Notes under the pieces: model-generated
Databases searched by the model: none
Seen by the model: only the letters and a program-made list of their open reading frames with translations
Told to the model about the DNA's origin: nothing
Assembly (NCBI RefSeq): GCF_031769215.1
Contig: NW_026781904.1
Coordinates: forward strand, 372,001-436,000
Origin: Ylistrum balloti
Lineage: Eukaryota
Length of the DNA stretch: 64,000 bases
Direction of reading: 5' to 3'
Program-made: the position numbers and the translations under genes
In this document: positions 26,815-41,440 of the stretch, piece by piece
Layout: the number at the start of each line of letters is the position of its first letter
How positions within the stretch are numbered: position 1 is the stretch's first letter

Positions 26815-26990
26815 GTTGTCAATGAAGCAGAATGTGCTTACTCTTCATGAACACCTGGTCTTATTATCTTTGTACTTTTCAGAAGTCTCTGTGTAAATCT
26901 TTCTTTTGTGCATATTTTGCCCTAGTTTTATGGCATTTGAGTTCAGATTGTGATTATGTTGACACGTTAGTATTTGCTTGATGTTTTTTT
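26815..26990 (+). mobile_element. Possible degenerate Penelope-associated non-autonomous repeat
   Basis: gcttactcttcatgaacacctggtc...ttttcagaagtc...ttttatggcatttgag resembles a common bivalve repeat (gcttactcctcc...cacctgatc) from memory only. Confidence 0.3.
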
Positions 26991-27841
26991 TAATAAGTAT
27001 GTTGTAAAGAACAATTATCTTTTATCAAAATGTACAGAGATGCTTTACATTGTTGGTCCTTAGTCACTTGTTTCAATGAATTCAGAAGATAGATTCACCA
27101 ATTGCACATAATTGCATGTATTTATGAAACTTTTGGTTGAGTCAGTATTTTTGTTTAGAACATTTCCTTTGTATATTTCAGTCATTGTCTTTGCTAGAAT
27201 TTATGAGAAATTGATATAAAACAATACAATTATTTTAATGTTGATGGTAGAGTGTATTATAATATTTCATCATCTAATAGAATCTTTGTGGTCTGTCAGC
27301 ATCAATTTCTATTATTTAATTCTGTTTTGCTATAACAAAAAGACCAGTCTTACCTGTAGGTGTGATTGAAAGCTAACAAAATTGGCTATATCTACACCAT
27401 ATACATGATGACACTCTCACTGCACAGAAAAGTTAGATCACACACCAGCTGATGCCTAATGTTTACATAAACTGGTTTTGAGGATATAGCAATTGAATAT
27501 AGAAAAGAGTCAAATATTTAATCAGTTTTTCTATGGCCCTGTTTTACTTTGAAGTTTGCCTATTTTATTCAAGACCATGTTTGACTCAGTAGAGGCTCTG
27601 CATAACATTTATTTAAGATTTGCTTACATTGCATATTCTATAGAACTTAACATTTTAATTTAAACTGAAGATTAAAAAATTTCAGTCTCAGATTTGTGCA
27701 TGATTTTGTGTTGATTTTAGGACACTGTATAGCCTGATTATTTCATCTTTAGACTCAATATTTGTGTTCTAACAAACAGAGGGGGGACCAACTGGTCAGT
27801 ACAGTTAATTTAGATATTTTCATAGAGCTCAATTTTTGTGG

Positions 27842-28300
27842 TTTTTAGCTCATCTGGTCTGAAGGTAGAATTTGTTAAAACCTTAAAACTACTTCTTTTA
27901 ATAGAAAAACCAAAAAGCTGGAAATATATTTGGCTAGTAATTAAGTTTCTATGATGAAGACTTGCTGACAAAGTTTGTAAAAAGAAATAACCTTGACCCA
28001 TATTCTTCGAGTATAGCAACATTCCGAGAAGCAGAATATAAAGGCCGTTCTAGGTCACAGCCTGACAAATTTTGTGAAAAAAAAATGACAATTAACCTTT
28101 AATCCGGGTCATAACTACCGCAGTTTAGAACTGGGTGATAGAAGCAAATGTTTGTAGTGGAAATTGGTTAAAATTGATCGGATGTGCCCACATTGAATGC
28201 CAATGGTGCACGTGTTAATGTATTTGTGATGAACATTGATTGTATTTTTGATGAACATTGAATACCAGGCGAGTGATGCAGACCCACTAGGCCTCTTGTT
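27842..28300 (+). mobile_element. Non-autonomous Helentron-associated element (HINE), degenerate
   Basis: 5' end tttttagctcatctgg. 3' end ccaggcgagtgatgcagacccactaggcctcttgtt, comprising a subterminal inverted repeat, a hairpin remnant and a T-rich end. This matches the oyster HINE structure as I recall it. Confidence 0.7.
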
Positions 28301-29051
28301 AAAAGATTGCTATATCTTGGTCACTCGATTTTGTTTATAATTATAGCTTAATAAATCTACTTATATTTTAAAATTATTTTGATAATTTCTGGACATATAA
28401 CTTAATGGATAAAGAGCACCCATGAAATAAACAAAAACAAACTCCCAAATATAAACTTAGGAAAGTTTTTTTTGTAATTTCAAATTGTCTTCACACTTTC
28501 TTAGGAAAGTGCAAGTGTTACGATATATTTTGTGTTAATTACCTCCTTTGAGATGAACCTTCCAGCTCTTAAATCACATGATAGAGGTGTGAATTTTTTG
28601 ATCAACTGTTACTTTATAAATTGGATACTAAGATGTCAGTATTTAACAATATTTTTGAACAAATTGGAAGTAAAATGGCAGCATTAAGTACTCCTGCAGG
28701 CTATCATTAAGCTATAACATAAGATAAGGCTATGTGAGGTGTAAGTAATAGGACTAAGGTGAGAAAAAAATCTCATTTCATTGCCAATTACCAGGTAAAT
28801 CAGAGTAGGCAACTTGCCATGTGTATAAGTTAAAGCCCTATAGACAGTTTTTGTGTTAAGGGTGTATGTTACCTTTTTGGAAGTTAGATGTAATTTGCTT
28901 TTAGAGTTATTTCCCTTTTTTTAAATTATTGTCAGTGTTTCCAATATTGCCTTTCTTTGTCATTCAGTGATCTATGGATACATTCTGTAAATCTAACACT
29001 TCCCTCGAGAACTGAGATGTCATTCAGTGATGTGACAGGTCCACATTTGTG

Positions 29052-29142
29052 TCCCCATTGATCTTACATGTCCATGTTGATCTTGCATATCCCCATTGAT
29101 CTGAAATATCCCCAAGGATCTGACATGTCCATATTGATCTGA
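29052..29142. repeat. 19-bp tandem repeat, 5 copies
   Basis: gatct recurs at 29060, 29079, 29098, 29117 and 29136. Confidence 0.8.
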
Positions 29143-30867
29143 TTACTGATAACGATATCATGATGTGTAACATATCCTTCAGTGTATATTATAATTTTTC
29201 ATTCCAATATCCTTGAAATTTCAAGGCATGTCTGATCTAAACCTGTTTTTATCTAATTTCGGTCTTAAGTTCCTTGGTGTTCTCTACATTATACATGTAT
29301 CTGGTTTGCTAGCCTTTTTCTGTCTCTACTGATTTATCCACAGCTAAATATATACAGAATTTGTAAGTACTCCTTTAGTAACCAGAGTACAATACAGCTG
29401 ATAGCTGTACTGTAAAATCTGATGCAAACCTCATTACTGGCAAGCAAACAACTGGATGAGTCCAGGCTGTGCTGGAATTGTCATGAAATATTTATCTATA
29501 TATTCAGTATAATTTAACTTGAGATAATTTAGTATATCGCAGTGTTTTATGTTGAATTTTGCATTATCATGTGTATTAATTATTGACAGATTTTGATAAA
29601 TCAGAAATTTTTTATTTAATTTACATTAACTTGTTAGAATAACTTCATATACTGGTTTGAATGTTATAAAACATTTTAGATATATGTTAGTCTGGTTAAT
29701 TTAAAATTTTTTAGTTAATTCCCTTTTTAAAAGTTTATTTTCCTTTTGGTATCATAAAATAATGATAGTTACAATATGGGAATTTGGCTGTAGGGCTTTA
29801 GTTTTGGAAATATGGAGCACTTGATCAGTTTTTAGGGATCTAAGATCTTCCTTGACAAGTCCAAACTGTAATATATATAAACACTGTGTTTAAAATCCTG
29901 TATATATCACTATAATTATCCAGCCCTGTTACTAACACTAAGCATTAGTAAGGTGGTACCTGTGATATTATTTTCCGAGATTCTCATTGATAACAGTGTC
30001 ACCTTAGGCTTTGGACCTTCTGACAATATCAAGTTGAAGATCAGGCAGCTCTGAGCAAACCTGTCTAATTCTTGACAATATCCTATCTAAGAAATGGGAC
30101 GGTTGACCTAACCTCTCCAATTCTACTGTAAATGTCTATCAATTTTGGGTTATTCTAAACTCTACGTACACAATGTTAGCTTGACGGTGTTAAGATTTTG
30201 TATTACTTAACCAAATTTTATGTACGAATAAGAAAAATCATGGAAAGCAATCTTGTAAATTTAATACCTTTTCCTTGAAATTATATCTCATTGTTTTCTT
30301 CTTATTTCATATTTTCAAAAATTTAAGAATGTCTTTCATATTTGAAATTGATTGACATTTTAACTCTTGAAGGGTACATAAAGGGTTGAGTTTTTTTTTG
30401 AATGGCCATGTCATCTTTCAACTCAGATATCCTGTATTCGTAGGTCAGAGGTCATATCAAATGACTTATTTTCATCTTATAGTTATACTTCAGGTTTTCA
30501 ACACTTTATGAAAAAATGGAAATAAAACTACTTCTGGTATTCAATCAAATATTTGGGTCATATTACAGCAGTATTTTCTTACTCTGACAATTGATGGCTT
30601 TTGTTTGCTAATGTTGTATACGCAAATTTAATACTGCAGTGTCGGTCATTTATCATCTAAGTACAAAGTGTAGCCATTGGAGAGACGAGGAAAAAATTTC
30701 CCTGCTGTATGTGGGGAGGTCGCATGTTTGGGAGTAGTTTCTCCTGTGTTTTCTGTTTAGGGGATATTGGAGAGTCTTAAAAAACAGGGTCTGTTGTGTT
30801 CAGTTGCATAAATCAAAGTGATAGAAAAGTTGGCCCCCAGCAGAATCAGGGTTTTCTTCTGTGTCTT

Positions 30868-31187
30868 CTACCAAGGGGACTTAATGTTATTTAATAAAGT
30901 CCACCCCCTGGATTTGAATAAGAGATAATATATTTGTCTACTGGACTTATTGTTCAGTGATTAACCCAACCCTGACTTTGTGTTAGAGGTAATGTGTTGG
31001 TCTACCGAACTTAATATTTAGTAATAAGTCCGCCCTGGACCTTGAGTCAGAGGCGATGTGTTGGTCTACTGGACTTAGTATTCAGTAATAAGCCCACCCT
31101 GACTTTGAGTCAGAGGTGATATGTTGATCTATTGGCTTTATTGTTCAGTAATAAGCCCATCCCCTGACATTGAGTCAGAGGTGATAT
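30868..31187. repeat. About 64-bp tandem repeat, about 5 diverged copies
   Basis: Units begin near 30868, 30938, 31002, 31066 and 31129. Core gtaataagcccaccctgactttgagtcagagg. Confidence 0.85.
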
Positions 31188-34100
31188 CTGTGCCCTGGAG
31201 GGTTATTGCAGGATATATGTGGTATTATTGCCAGTCATCTAAAACATCAATTACAAGTGGTATTTTTGGAAGTGTAATCTCTGCTATTTTACCCTATTGT
31301 ATAATGTACATATATTTAAACTCCAGATGAAAGTGAACACTTTGGGACAACAAACCGTGCCCCAGTTCCCTTCAAATGATATGCTTGTCCCTGTTACAAT
31401 TTTCAGAATTCTTAAAGTAATTTTTTCTGATGTTTGAATGTAAGAGGAACAATATTGAGTTTAGATATGCCAAGATGGATTCTCGAAGACCCCCCCGAAA
31501 AACCAAGACCTGTACACCTGTAAATTGAGGTGCTTGATGTTGTATAAAAATGAATCGCAACTATCGTGTGCTCGTGTATCAAAACACAGATCTTATACCA
31601 CCTTCAGCTGGGCAAATCTCACTTCAATACTATAAAGTTTAAAAGAAGTCTATTGTTTCACGATAGATTTAAAAAAATTTTAAACATGTTCTTGTCTTAC
31701 CTGAATTTGAAACTTGGACTTTTCTGAACCCTAGTGATTGGACCGGTTTGACTTCAATATGGAGGTAGTCCAGGTTGATCTTGTGTCCTTGAAAGTCTAG
31801 ATTTTAGTATTGTGTTTGTTGATATTATTGTCTTTGCAGGGTCAGAGGACATTCTTTAGAGATAGTATTTTGCCATAAATTCAAGTAATGTCTTTGATTT
31901 GATAGAATTGGAATCTCTGTTTAAAACAGAATTGTGTGAGATCTAAAAAAAAGCACTTTTAGATGGAATTTTTTTATCAGATGTACTTAACAACATGTTC
32001 TAGGTAGTCTGTTTTGCCAGTCATGATGATTTTACAAATAGCTTACTGGAGACTTGCTGAATTTAAAGAGATACATAGATCAATTTGTGGACAGGTAAAT
32101 TCCAATTTTGCAACGAATTACCTGAAATTGTCCTTCATGAAAACTAATGACGGAGATATCAGCTAATGAGATTGACGATGTCTAAACTATGTAGATGTGT
32201 CTTAAGATAACATACTTGTGAAATGTTTTAATTTGGGATATGAGATCTTTTGCCTAATGTTATGACTACAGCTGTTTTATAAACATACACAGTGTTCTGA
32301 ATTTATGATTGAATCACATAAATTAACACTTTAATATGTAGATCATGAAGTAATTTTCATATCACCTTGGTTTTTTTTTAATACACTACTTAAATTGTGG
32401 CGATTTCATCTTAATTTCAATTTCAGTACTTTATACTGTAGTCCCACCTATCCTATGACTCACTGGTAAGACTTGACAGTCACATGAAGTTTTAATATCA
32501 AACAACATCATACATGTATATCAGCCCACGCCATTAATGCCCATGTCTGGTAATAAGCCCATCAACATTTTTTTGCAGTTTTAGAAGCAAAGCTAAAGTA
32601 AATCTGTATCATTGTCCTGCATTTAATTAAGCCCTCTGAAAGCTCATTTGAGACTTTTTGTTGGTCCTCTAAGCTTATCTGAGTCAATATTGCACAGGAA
32701 CTGACTTTATACTTCAGATTCGAGATATGGGAGTAGCATTTAGTAAGTTATTTCAGTCAGGACAGTGGAACAGTTTTATTTGCATTCGGCTGTGCAACTT
32801 AATTACCATGAAGTTACAGACATGGTCATATTGTGTGCTATCATGTACATTCTTAATTCTGATTAAGATTTAAGTTATTGTCTTTCCTAATTCAAGATAA
32901 TGGAGAACCCTGCGATGGTCTTTTTTATTCAGGAATTAAGGCTATACAATACTCTTTGATATCTAAGACTGGATTTAAGTTTATGCGATTTTAGAGTGTC
33001 AAAATTACCTGACTGTATGGATAATGATGGTATGGAGAAATTTAGCTTCATTTTGAAGCAGCTAGAGCCGTTGAAGACTTTGGAGTCACTGTTTTTTTTA
33101 TGGAAGCCTTTTGGTCCCACATTTATGATAAACATGTATTATGATAATCAATATCTATCTGTATTTTATGAATAATAAAACTGAAGGAATCTTCCAACAC
33201 TATAGTTTTGGTGATCTGCCTACATTTGTTTAAGTATACTGTTTGGTAAGTGATGATCTAGCTTGCTTTAATCAATAGCTTTGATAATCAACCATGTACA
33301 ATGCTCTTACGTTTATTTTATGAAACTACTCAAGTGTGATGTATGTTCAGCAGTTATGTACGTTGGAACATAAACCTGTTTTTATACCTACATATGACCT
33401 GATTTCCAAAATATACCTACATCATTTGACTATTAATGGAAACCTTATGTAGAAATTATTTTTATTCATGAATGAAATTTGCTGTTATATGAGTCCCTCT
33501 GGTTTTTATATCCCCATCTCCTATCAGATTTATTGATCAATTTTAGTGTGAGGGAGTCAGGCATCAGGTTCAGGGACAAGCTTTAAAACTCTAATCTTCA
33601 TCATTCAGATGTTTTATATACTTAGTTTATTGTAATTACCATGTTTAGCACCCTGTCTTATTTAGGAATGTGGAAGCATTGATCGGCACTCCCTTATAAT
33701 AAAAATATTTCACATTCTCTGCGTTCTTTAAGATTGATGAGATAAAAACAATATAAATTGTTTAATCCTTTTGTCTTGTAAATGTATTCCATTTTAGAAA
33801 ATAAGTTTATTACACGATATTATGGTAAAATAACTCATATGTATGTTAATATTCCCTTGAATCCTTTCACTTTTCATGCAAAATCACTCTATATATTGCA
33901 GGTTTTAGTCAGAAATTTTATTATTTTTCTTTTTGGATGGTATAATCACATATGTTTTAATGTATTATTGATGCAAGGAACCTTTTGAGTCTACACCCTA
34001 AACCAATCCACCGCAGACTAAAGGAACAACTATTTTTTCCAAAGGGCAAACCAAACACAGATATTTCTAATTCCTTCTCTTTGTTGGGAAGCTATAAGAA

Positions 34101-35353
34101 AGTTGTAAAAAGCAAAATGATTTAGGAAAAAAAAAACACATAAAAAAATCAGGTTATTCGCAGAAGGATTTCTTACTCAGGTATGTGAAAAGATTAGATG
34201 TTTATCAAACATCTATAATAATACCTATTTAATATACAGATTTCTGTGATAAATTTGACCTGCGTCGGAAACCTGATCAGGTCAAGTTTAACAGTGGAGG
34301 GTTAGTAACCTATATACTTACCAGCTGAAAATGCTAAATACCTACAGTGTAATCAGAATAAGGCAAATGTCCTTAAGATTTGATTGTTGATTTTTCAGTT
34401 CAGTATAGAGTGGTCAAAAGACGTCAATTAGATTTTACACACTTATATTTCAACTCATTAATTTTTTTTTTTAAATATGAAAACAATTGTGACATGTCCC
34501 AATTATGGATTTCCTGAAATTTTCACAAGCCCTTCCTCCAAATGGATCAAGTGAAAGTATATACATCTTCATAGTGAATACTTTCATGTAAATTTGTTAT
34601 GAAAATTTAGGAATATTTACCTCTGTATAATTGCAATTTGATATTCGAAGAGTTTAACGCCCTTCTTTGTTGAATATACAATGTATTGTAGAAGTGAATA
34701 AGTTTTAGCCCTGTGTCAAACATTTGCATGACATCTATTAATTGCAAGTAGCAGTTTTGTACCAAAGCTATAGAAACTTGACGTTTAAGTTATTTGATCT
34801 TTTTAAGTTGATTTCTGTGAATGTCACTGGTTCAGACACCAAATTATATTATATACAGTGACAAATCCTGTATAGGTGTCACCAATGGTAAGTATTATAA
34901 AAGGTATGTAACTGTTTTCTGATTGTCATGTTTAAGAACGATTGTGATCGTACACAAGCGAATGTCTTTTTATAGTGAAGAAAACATCCATCATAATTAT
35001 AAACAAGCGAATGTCTTTTTATCGTGAAGGAATCATCCATTAAAATGATTTAAATAGGATTTCACGTCATCAATCATTCAATGACGGTATATGTTTTTCT
35101 TTAATTTTTAGCTGTGTTTTCTTAAGAGGTACAAGGTGTATTATGTACGTTTCCATCGATTCTTATCAAAATTTAATTTTTTGATAGTGACGCAAGATTT
35201 CAATACATATTACACAAATGTTTGTTTTACTGTATAAAGCTTTCATGTTATCTTAATCGTGAATCAAGTTACTTGTCAGTTCTTCAGTTTATGATGTGAC
35301 CATTTTGTTAGAAAAAAGTCGGTGTCGGGTAAAACAACACTAATATCTGTTGA

Positions 35354-36030
35354 TTTTAGGTCATTCGACTTGAAGGGTCAAGATGATCTAGAGCCATCGT
35401 GCTTCATCCATCGTCATGTGCCGTCTGCTGTGCGTCGTGCTTTGTGTGTAAACCTTTTCTTTAAAACCCTACTCATCTTTTATACCTCGATGGATTTCAA
35501 CCAAATTTTGTCTAATTGCATCATTGGGTGAGGGTTATCATTTTTAAAATCCAGAAGTTTGATATGACTAAGGGTCGAGGGATGGGGCCCCAAATAGGGA
35601 AGTGCTGAAATTAGCTTTAAAACCCTACTTCTCCTTTCTGCCTGGATGGAGCATTGGCCTAATTCATCAGTTAGGGTAGGCAATTGTTTTATAAATTCAG
35701 AGATATAATTCAACCCCAAGGGTCTGTGGAGTTTGGCCCCAAAAGGGGAAATCGGGCAATATTTTTTTGCTTGAAAATGTTATTTCTTCTTAATGCCAGG
35801 GTAGATTTCAACCAAAGTGGGTCTGAAACATTATTGCAGGCGGGTTATCATTTTTTATATTTAGGAAGTTTATTTGACACAGCAACCTGGGGGTAGTCGG
35901 GGCCCAAAATGGGGAAGTCGGTCAATATTTTGATCCAAAATGACACTTTTCCTTTGTGCTTAAATAGGTGAAATTCAGATTTTGTCTGAAACATCTGTAG
36001 AGTGGGAAAATAATTTGAAATTCAGGAAGT
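35354..36030 (+). mobile_element. 3'-truncated HINE with about 3.5 central repeats of about 155-165 bp (Cg170-like)
   Basis: 5' ttttaggtca...gaagggtcaag, a degenerate (cgtc/cgtg)n tract, then diverged units starting near 35461, 35617, 35771 and 35933 containing gatttcaaccaaa and ggggccccaaa motifs. Confidence 0.7.
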
Positions 36031-39000
36031 CATTTTCTTAGGCTGTAAGGTATATAATTTTCGTTTTTTTTTTAGTTCTTTTTGTCGCATTTCATTTCAA
36101 AATTGGGAAAAAAGTATAGCACTTCAAACACAAGGAAAAATTTCAATACATGAAATGTTGTTCTTTTCTTAAAATTATATGGATCATACATTAGCGTATG
36201 TTAATGAAAGATGTCTTTTAAGACTTCAGTAATGCTATCAATGTGTGGAGTAATCTTTTAGGGGAATTTTTAATTCTGTTTTGCTTTAGTCATTCCCATA
36301 CGATTTTAGGAGGCGAGCTTAAAAAGATGTAGCCCTCTACAATAAAATTGTCATAAGCAATTTTATAATTTTAATAAGATAACTCTAGTTTTGTGAGACG
36401 GAATACATTAACATTGACAGTTGTGGTATTGCTGAGTATCGCGCTTTAGATAACAGGATTCCACACAGAAAATAAGTGCAGTTTCATGTCTTGCAAGATG
36501 AAGCGATACATGGTTTTTGTGAGGAGATCCACACTGACATGGATATAATGGCACTTTTACAACTCTTTGAAGATTTATTGTATAATATCTTCTATTTCAT
36601 TACATATCTTATATGTAATGTCTTTCTACGCTCGGTCAAGATGAACAGATACTTGTAAGGAGATCGCTAGTTTTTGGTGGGTGGCACAGGAGATGTGTAA
36701 TTTTTTATGGATGTTATAAGGGACGTCTAATTTTTGATGGGTGGTATAAGGGACCTTGGGACCTTTTATCTTCAATTCGTACATACAATATAGGATAAAT
36801 ATAATTTGTATGTATCATATTTTTACAGGTGACAATACCAAAGAGTGTTCATATTGCACCCAGCATGAATGCAGACTTTCATTGCCTCTCATGACTAAGT
36901 TTTAAATGACTTGGGAGACTTTAGTAGATTTTTTAGCTATGAATACATCTGTACATTAAAGGGAGATTTTTATCAAAAGCATAATGTATTATGATTTTAT
37001 CCTTTAAAAAATATTTATAATGATAAAGCAAATTTAAATTTCTCCATGATGTGATATGAAGTGTAAAGATGTTTCAACTTGACTACAAGACATTTTTAAT
37101 GGCAGAAGAGTCTGACATGAAAAAGAGGTTTCTAAAATTATCTAAAAATTTCTAACCACTTCCTTCCGTTCTGAGTAACTTGGACTTTCTCGATTATTAA
37201 CACACACAAACTTCTTTGGTGACTTAATCACTAATCAGAGCGAATGAGAAAATTGGGGTATACAGTCTCTTTTTTCCCCATTGTGGATATGTAATATCAG
37301 AGTATCTATCACATTCACTCGTTCCTTTATTTTATTTTGGAACTTGTGTACTTCCCTGTCTAGATATGGCTTTTCTTTTGATCGCTTCAGATTTTCGTTT
37401 GTGACCTCCAATGCTTCAAAATTTAGGCCCTTAAGCGTCACAAACGAGCCCTAGAAGGACGAGACAGCTGTATGATTCAGTTTATTTCGTTGTTTGGCTG
37501 TACCATATCTAAACTCTAAATTTGTATTAAAAGCTTCTATTTACTTGTGTGTCTTTTGTACAATCTTGGAGCTTTTTTAGTATGTTCAAAATACAAGGAA
37601 AATCTGCTTTCCTTATGTGAGATTTCTTCTCTCGGTATAACTGAGATAGGTCACCACAATGTTAGAGACTTATCATTCAGGTACCAGAGTGTGATATAAA
37701 CACCTATCTTCTCTTTGATATCAACAAAAAGAAGGCCACAGCAATCTTTAGATGAAAATTTACAAGGTTTGCATCTTTTTAGTCTTTATATAAAATTATT
37801 GGCTTTGCAATTGTCTAGTTATACTCTTACTCCAGTCCAATGGTAAATCTTGTGATGACAATTTGTCCCAAGTGTGATATGTTGCTGTATAATGGGGAGG
37901 GGAATGAATTCATGGTTTGTTAATCTGATTGATAGTTCTGGTTACAGTGACATTTCAAATCTAAAATTTTTTAAAATTAAATTGAAAAATTTCTTAAAAA
38001 TTCAATAATTTCCAAAAATAGATTTAATCTTTAAAATGATTTAAGGCATACTTCCTCTGAACATGTACGCTTGACATTTGTATATTAAAAAGATATATGT
38101 GGACATTAATGGAAAAGGTACAAAGTGTAAGATAAAAAAGATTGAAATTTTATTCAAATGTTCTCATAGTCATATTATAATGTAATGTGAATTTCACGTG
38201 GTGATGAAGGAATATGGGAAGGGTTGGGGCTGTGAGGTTTATGGTAGATTATGAGTGTTTTATAGTACTTTTAAAACACCCATTTGTGGCTCTGGACTGT
38301 AAGAGTACATTAATTATAAATGCAGATTAATGCAGCATATGATTAACAAAAGGTTTTAAGACGGATTTTAAATGTATATTTAACCGTTTGCCATGAGATA
38401 CAATATGCCGCTTGATCTAACGGAGCCCAGGTTAACACTAATTAAAGCTATCTACTTCATGCTTGTACATCATAGTTTCTGTTTTTTCTACTTTTTTCCC
38501 CCCATATGTTTCAATTTACATAAGACACTTGCACAGATTGGGTGTCATTTGAATTGATTTATAGTCTTAAGAAAGACAGGTGTATGTTGCATTGTATCTT
38601 ATATAACAAATGCAACAACAGCCATCGGGAATCTGCATTTTTCCTTCATGTAAAGTCTGATAAGCTTATCGAGAACATCATCAAGTTATCATAATCTTTT
38701 GTAAAGAACATGTAAAATTTTCAGTTTATATTTTTTGTGTGTAAATTTGACCTTTAAATGAATTTTCATTGATAGTTATGTAATAAGCGGTCAGTATTTT
38801 TGCAAGATATGATTATTTTGAAATTAAAAAGAAAGTGTTTAGAAGCTAACAAGGCTTTTTATGGATGTAACCCAGTAGTCCTTTAATACACAAGTGTTTG
38901 TATCATTTGTGATAATTTGAGAATGGATACAGCATTTGAAAACCATTGTTGTTGAAAGTATTAGCAACTTGATGAGTTTTCAAAACAGAAAGTTCAATTC

Positions 39001-41440
39001 TAGTATTTTTTTTGATAATGTTAAAATTGAAAAACTGAAGCTATCAATATTCAAAAATCCTCATTTGTTGGCAAATTTCATCAATGATATCAAAATTGTT
39101 TGGAGTGCTGAAATTAATGTCCAATTTGCATATTTCAAATATCAAAATTTATGCTTAGAGCTGAAGTTAAACACAGATAGCAAAAATTAATTATCATTTG
39201 AAGCTAGGAAATATGTAAGTGCATTACAGTTATTTTCAGTAACTGTGATGTGAGATTTTAATCATCAACTCGTTAAGCTGATTTAACTAGCGCAAATTTA
39301 ACACCTGGTCTATAACTACCTGTACCAGCTGGTTTGGAACTCTGCTTCCTCTCCATCACCAGGCTTGTATCAGAATGTATGACTGGAATCTGTTAAGAGA
39401 ACTAAAACACATGCTTCTCCATGAACTTGTAATGTTAAATTAAACAGATAGGAGTTTTTCCTGTGTTTCATTACAATTTCAACAAATCCAATGTCCTGGT
39501 CTGTAGATTGTCTTTCACAAAATACCATGATACGCTTCATAATTAAAAAAAATTGATACAATATTTTTCTTTTGAAAAAACCTGATTACTTTGTCGGAGA
39601 AATATGGACCAATTTTTGTGTCATATAAAATAATGATTTTAGCTACATATGTATGATCATAATCAACAATTATAGAATTTAGGTAAACAAAAGCTTGTTA
39701 GGACATCTGACCACTGGTCAAGATGACCTAACAGGTACTTAAAATGATCACAATGATCAACCTGCATGTACATGTAAAGCCATTGTGTTTCATCAGTTGT
39801 CTGCTGTAACATGTTCACTCATAAACTTCTTCTCCAGTTCCAGCAGAAGAATTTGATTGAAACTTGATTTGAATTCCAAAATGTATAATTATTATATATA
39901 TACCTAATTATAGGTAGTTAGGTGTTCGATAATCATTTTAACTTTTTTTTTCAAAATAGCCAAATAAAGTATTGTCGTCAGATATATATATACTATCTTT
40001 ATCTGGCTACAAGTCATGTCTGGTAATAAGCCCACCCATTTAATGTTCATTGTCCTGTAACAAGCCCAGTCTGGCCCCCTTAATGTTGAGATACAGTGTT
40101 GGCCCCCCTGGGTTTATAGGAGAGCTAATCTGTAGGTATTAGTTGTAGCCTGTGCTAAATTTAGAACAATTTACAATACTTCTTATTACCTTGTATATAT
40201 ATATATATACAGGTGAGTTATATAAATGATGGATACGATTAATATGATAAGGACTGGAAAATTAAAAATTTGACATGGCTTAAAAAATAAAATAAGTGTG
40301 TCTCCATTTAGAGTTATGAAGCTATCTGATCTAGTCTCTTTTATATTTCTACTTACTTTAATTAGCTGTCCCGTTGCATGTGTTAAAACGTCTTGTACCT
40401 GTCATGTTTCCATGAATCGTGGGATTGTTTGTCACGCTGGCTCCACCCGATATATATAAGGCAGTTATCTAGTCCGGTGAAAACAATTTTCTATTCAAGT
40501 GTCAAAATGATGATTGTCTAGCATTTCGGTGCAAATTGAAATAGAGGCTTGTTGGTTCGTAACATCTACATGTATGTCAACATTCAAGGTAAATTCTGGG
40601 CAACAGACAGATCATTTTGAAAATGCTGGTGACATTCTCAGGTGTAAAAGGGGTACAGAGACTTTTTACAGGTGTAATGTCTATTAGTCCTTAGGTCATT
40701 TTGGTACAAACAACACATCATCCGTAAAGATTTGAAAAATATTTCTTCCGGAAATGACTTTGGTTTATGTAAATTGAGAATTATATATATTTTGTGTTTA
40801 TATATGTATATATAATATAATGCAGGCAACACAGATGTCTCGCAGCCGACAAAAGTGTTGTGCCATCTTGTACCCAAGTACTGGGGATATATTTTAATCT
40901 ATACATCAAACAGACGTGTCACACCTGTGTCCTCTATATATGTAGCTAGCTGTGTGTGCTAAATCTCGTTAAGATTGAACACCTGTATCACATATTTATT
41001 TATAAACATGCATGCAATAGAACTAAAGGCAAAAACACACTGGAGTTCTATCTTTAGTCAAAATTTTATGGAATTTCGGGAATATTTCTTGTGCTCTTAC
41101 ATCGACCCTTTCAGCAACTTGGATTACAGCAAAAACGACATGAACTTATGACTTTATCTTAAAATCTCTTTAAAGTTGTTAGGTTGGATTTAAAAGATTT
41201 AAAATGAATCAAGAAGTTAATTTCTTAATCCCCTGTTATTATCACACTGCTAGCAGCAATACATTAGTACGAATTTGGGATTGCTCATGTTTTGTCTGGA
41301 ATAGCTATCCATAGTGTGGATCAAGCTTATTTACTTTAACCTATTTATAGTCAGTAAAAGTTATTTATTAACTGAGTTGATAATAAAGGTGCTTTATCAT
41401 ATCCCTGGGCTGTATGTTTTCCTTGATTTTCATGGTACTG

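Noticed and set aside
34322-34324. Minus-strand ttttcag|CTG|gtaagt 3-nt microexon pattern
   Set aside because: No supported minus-strand host gene.
36829-36905. Acceptor followed by DNTKECSYCTQHECRLSLPLMTKF* as an alternative terminal exon
   Set aside because: The cysteine spacing is not EGF-like and there is no other support.
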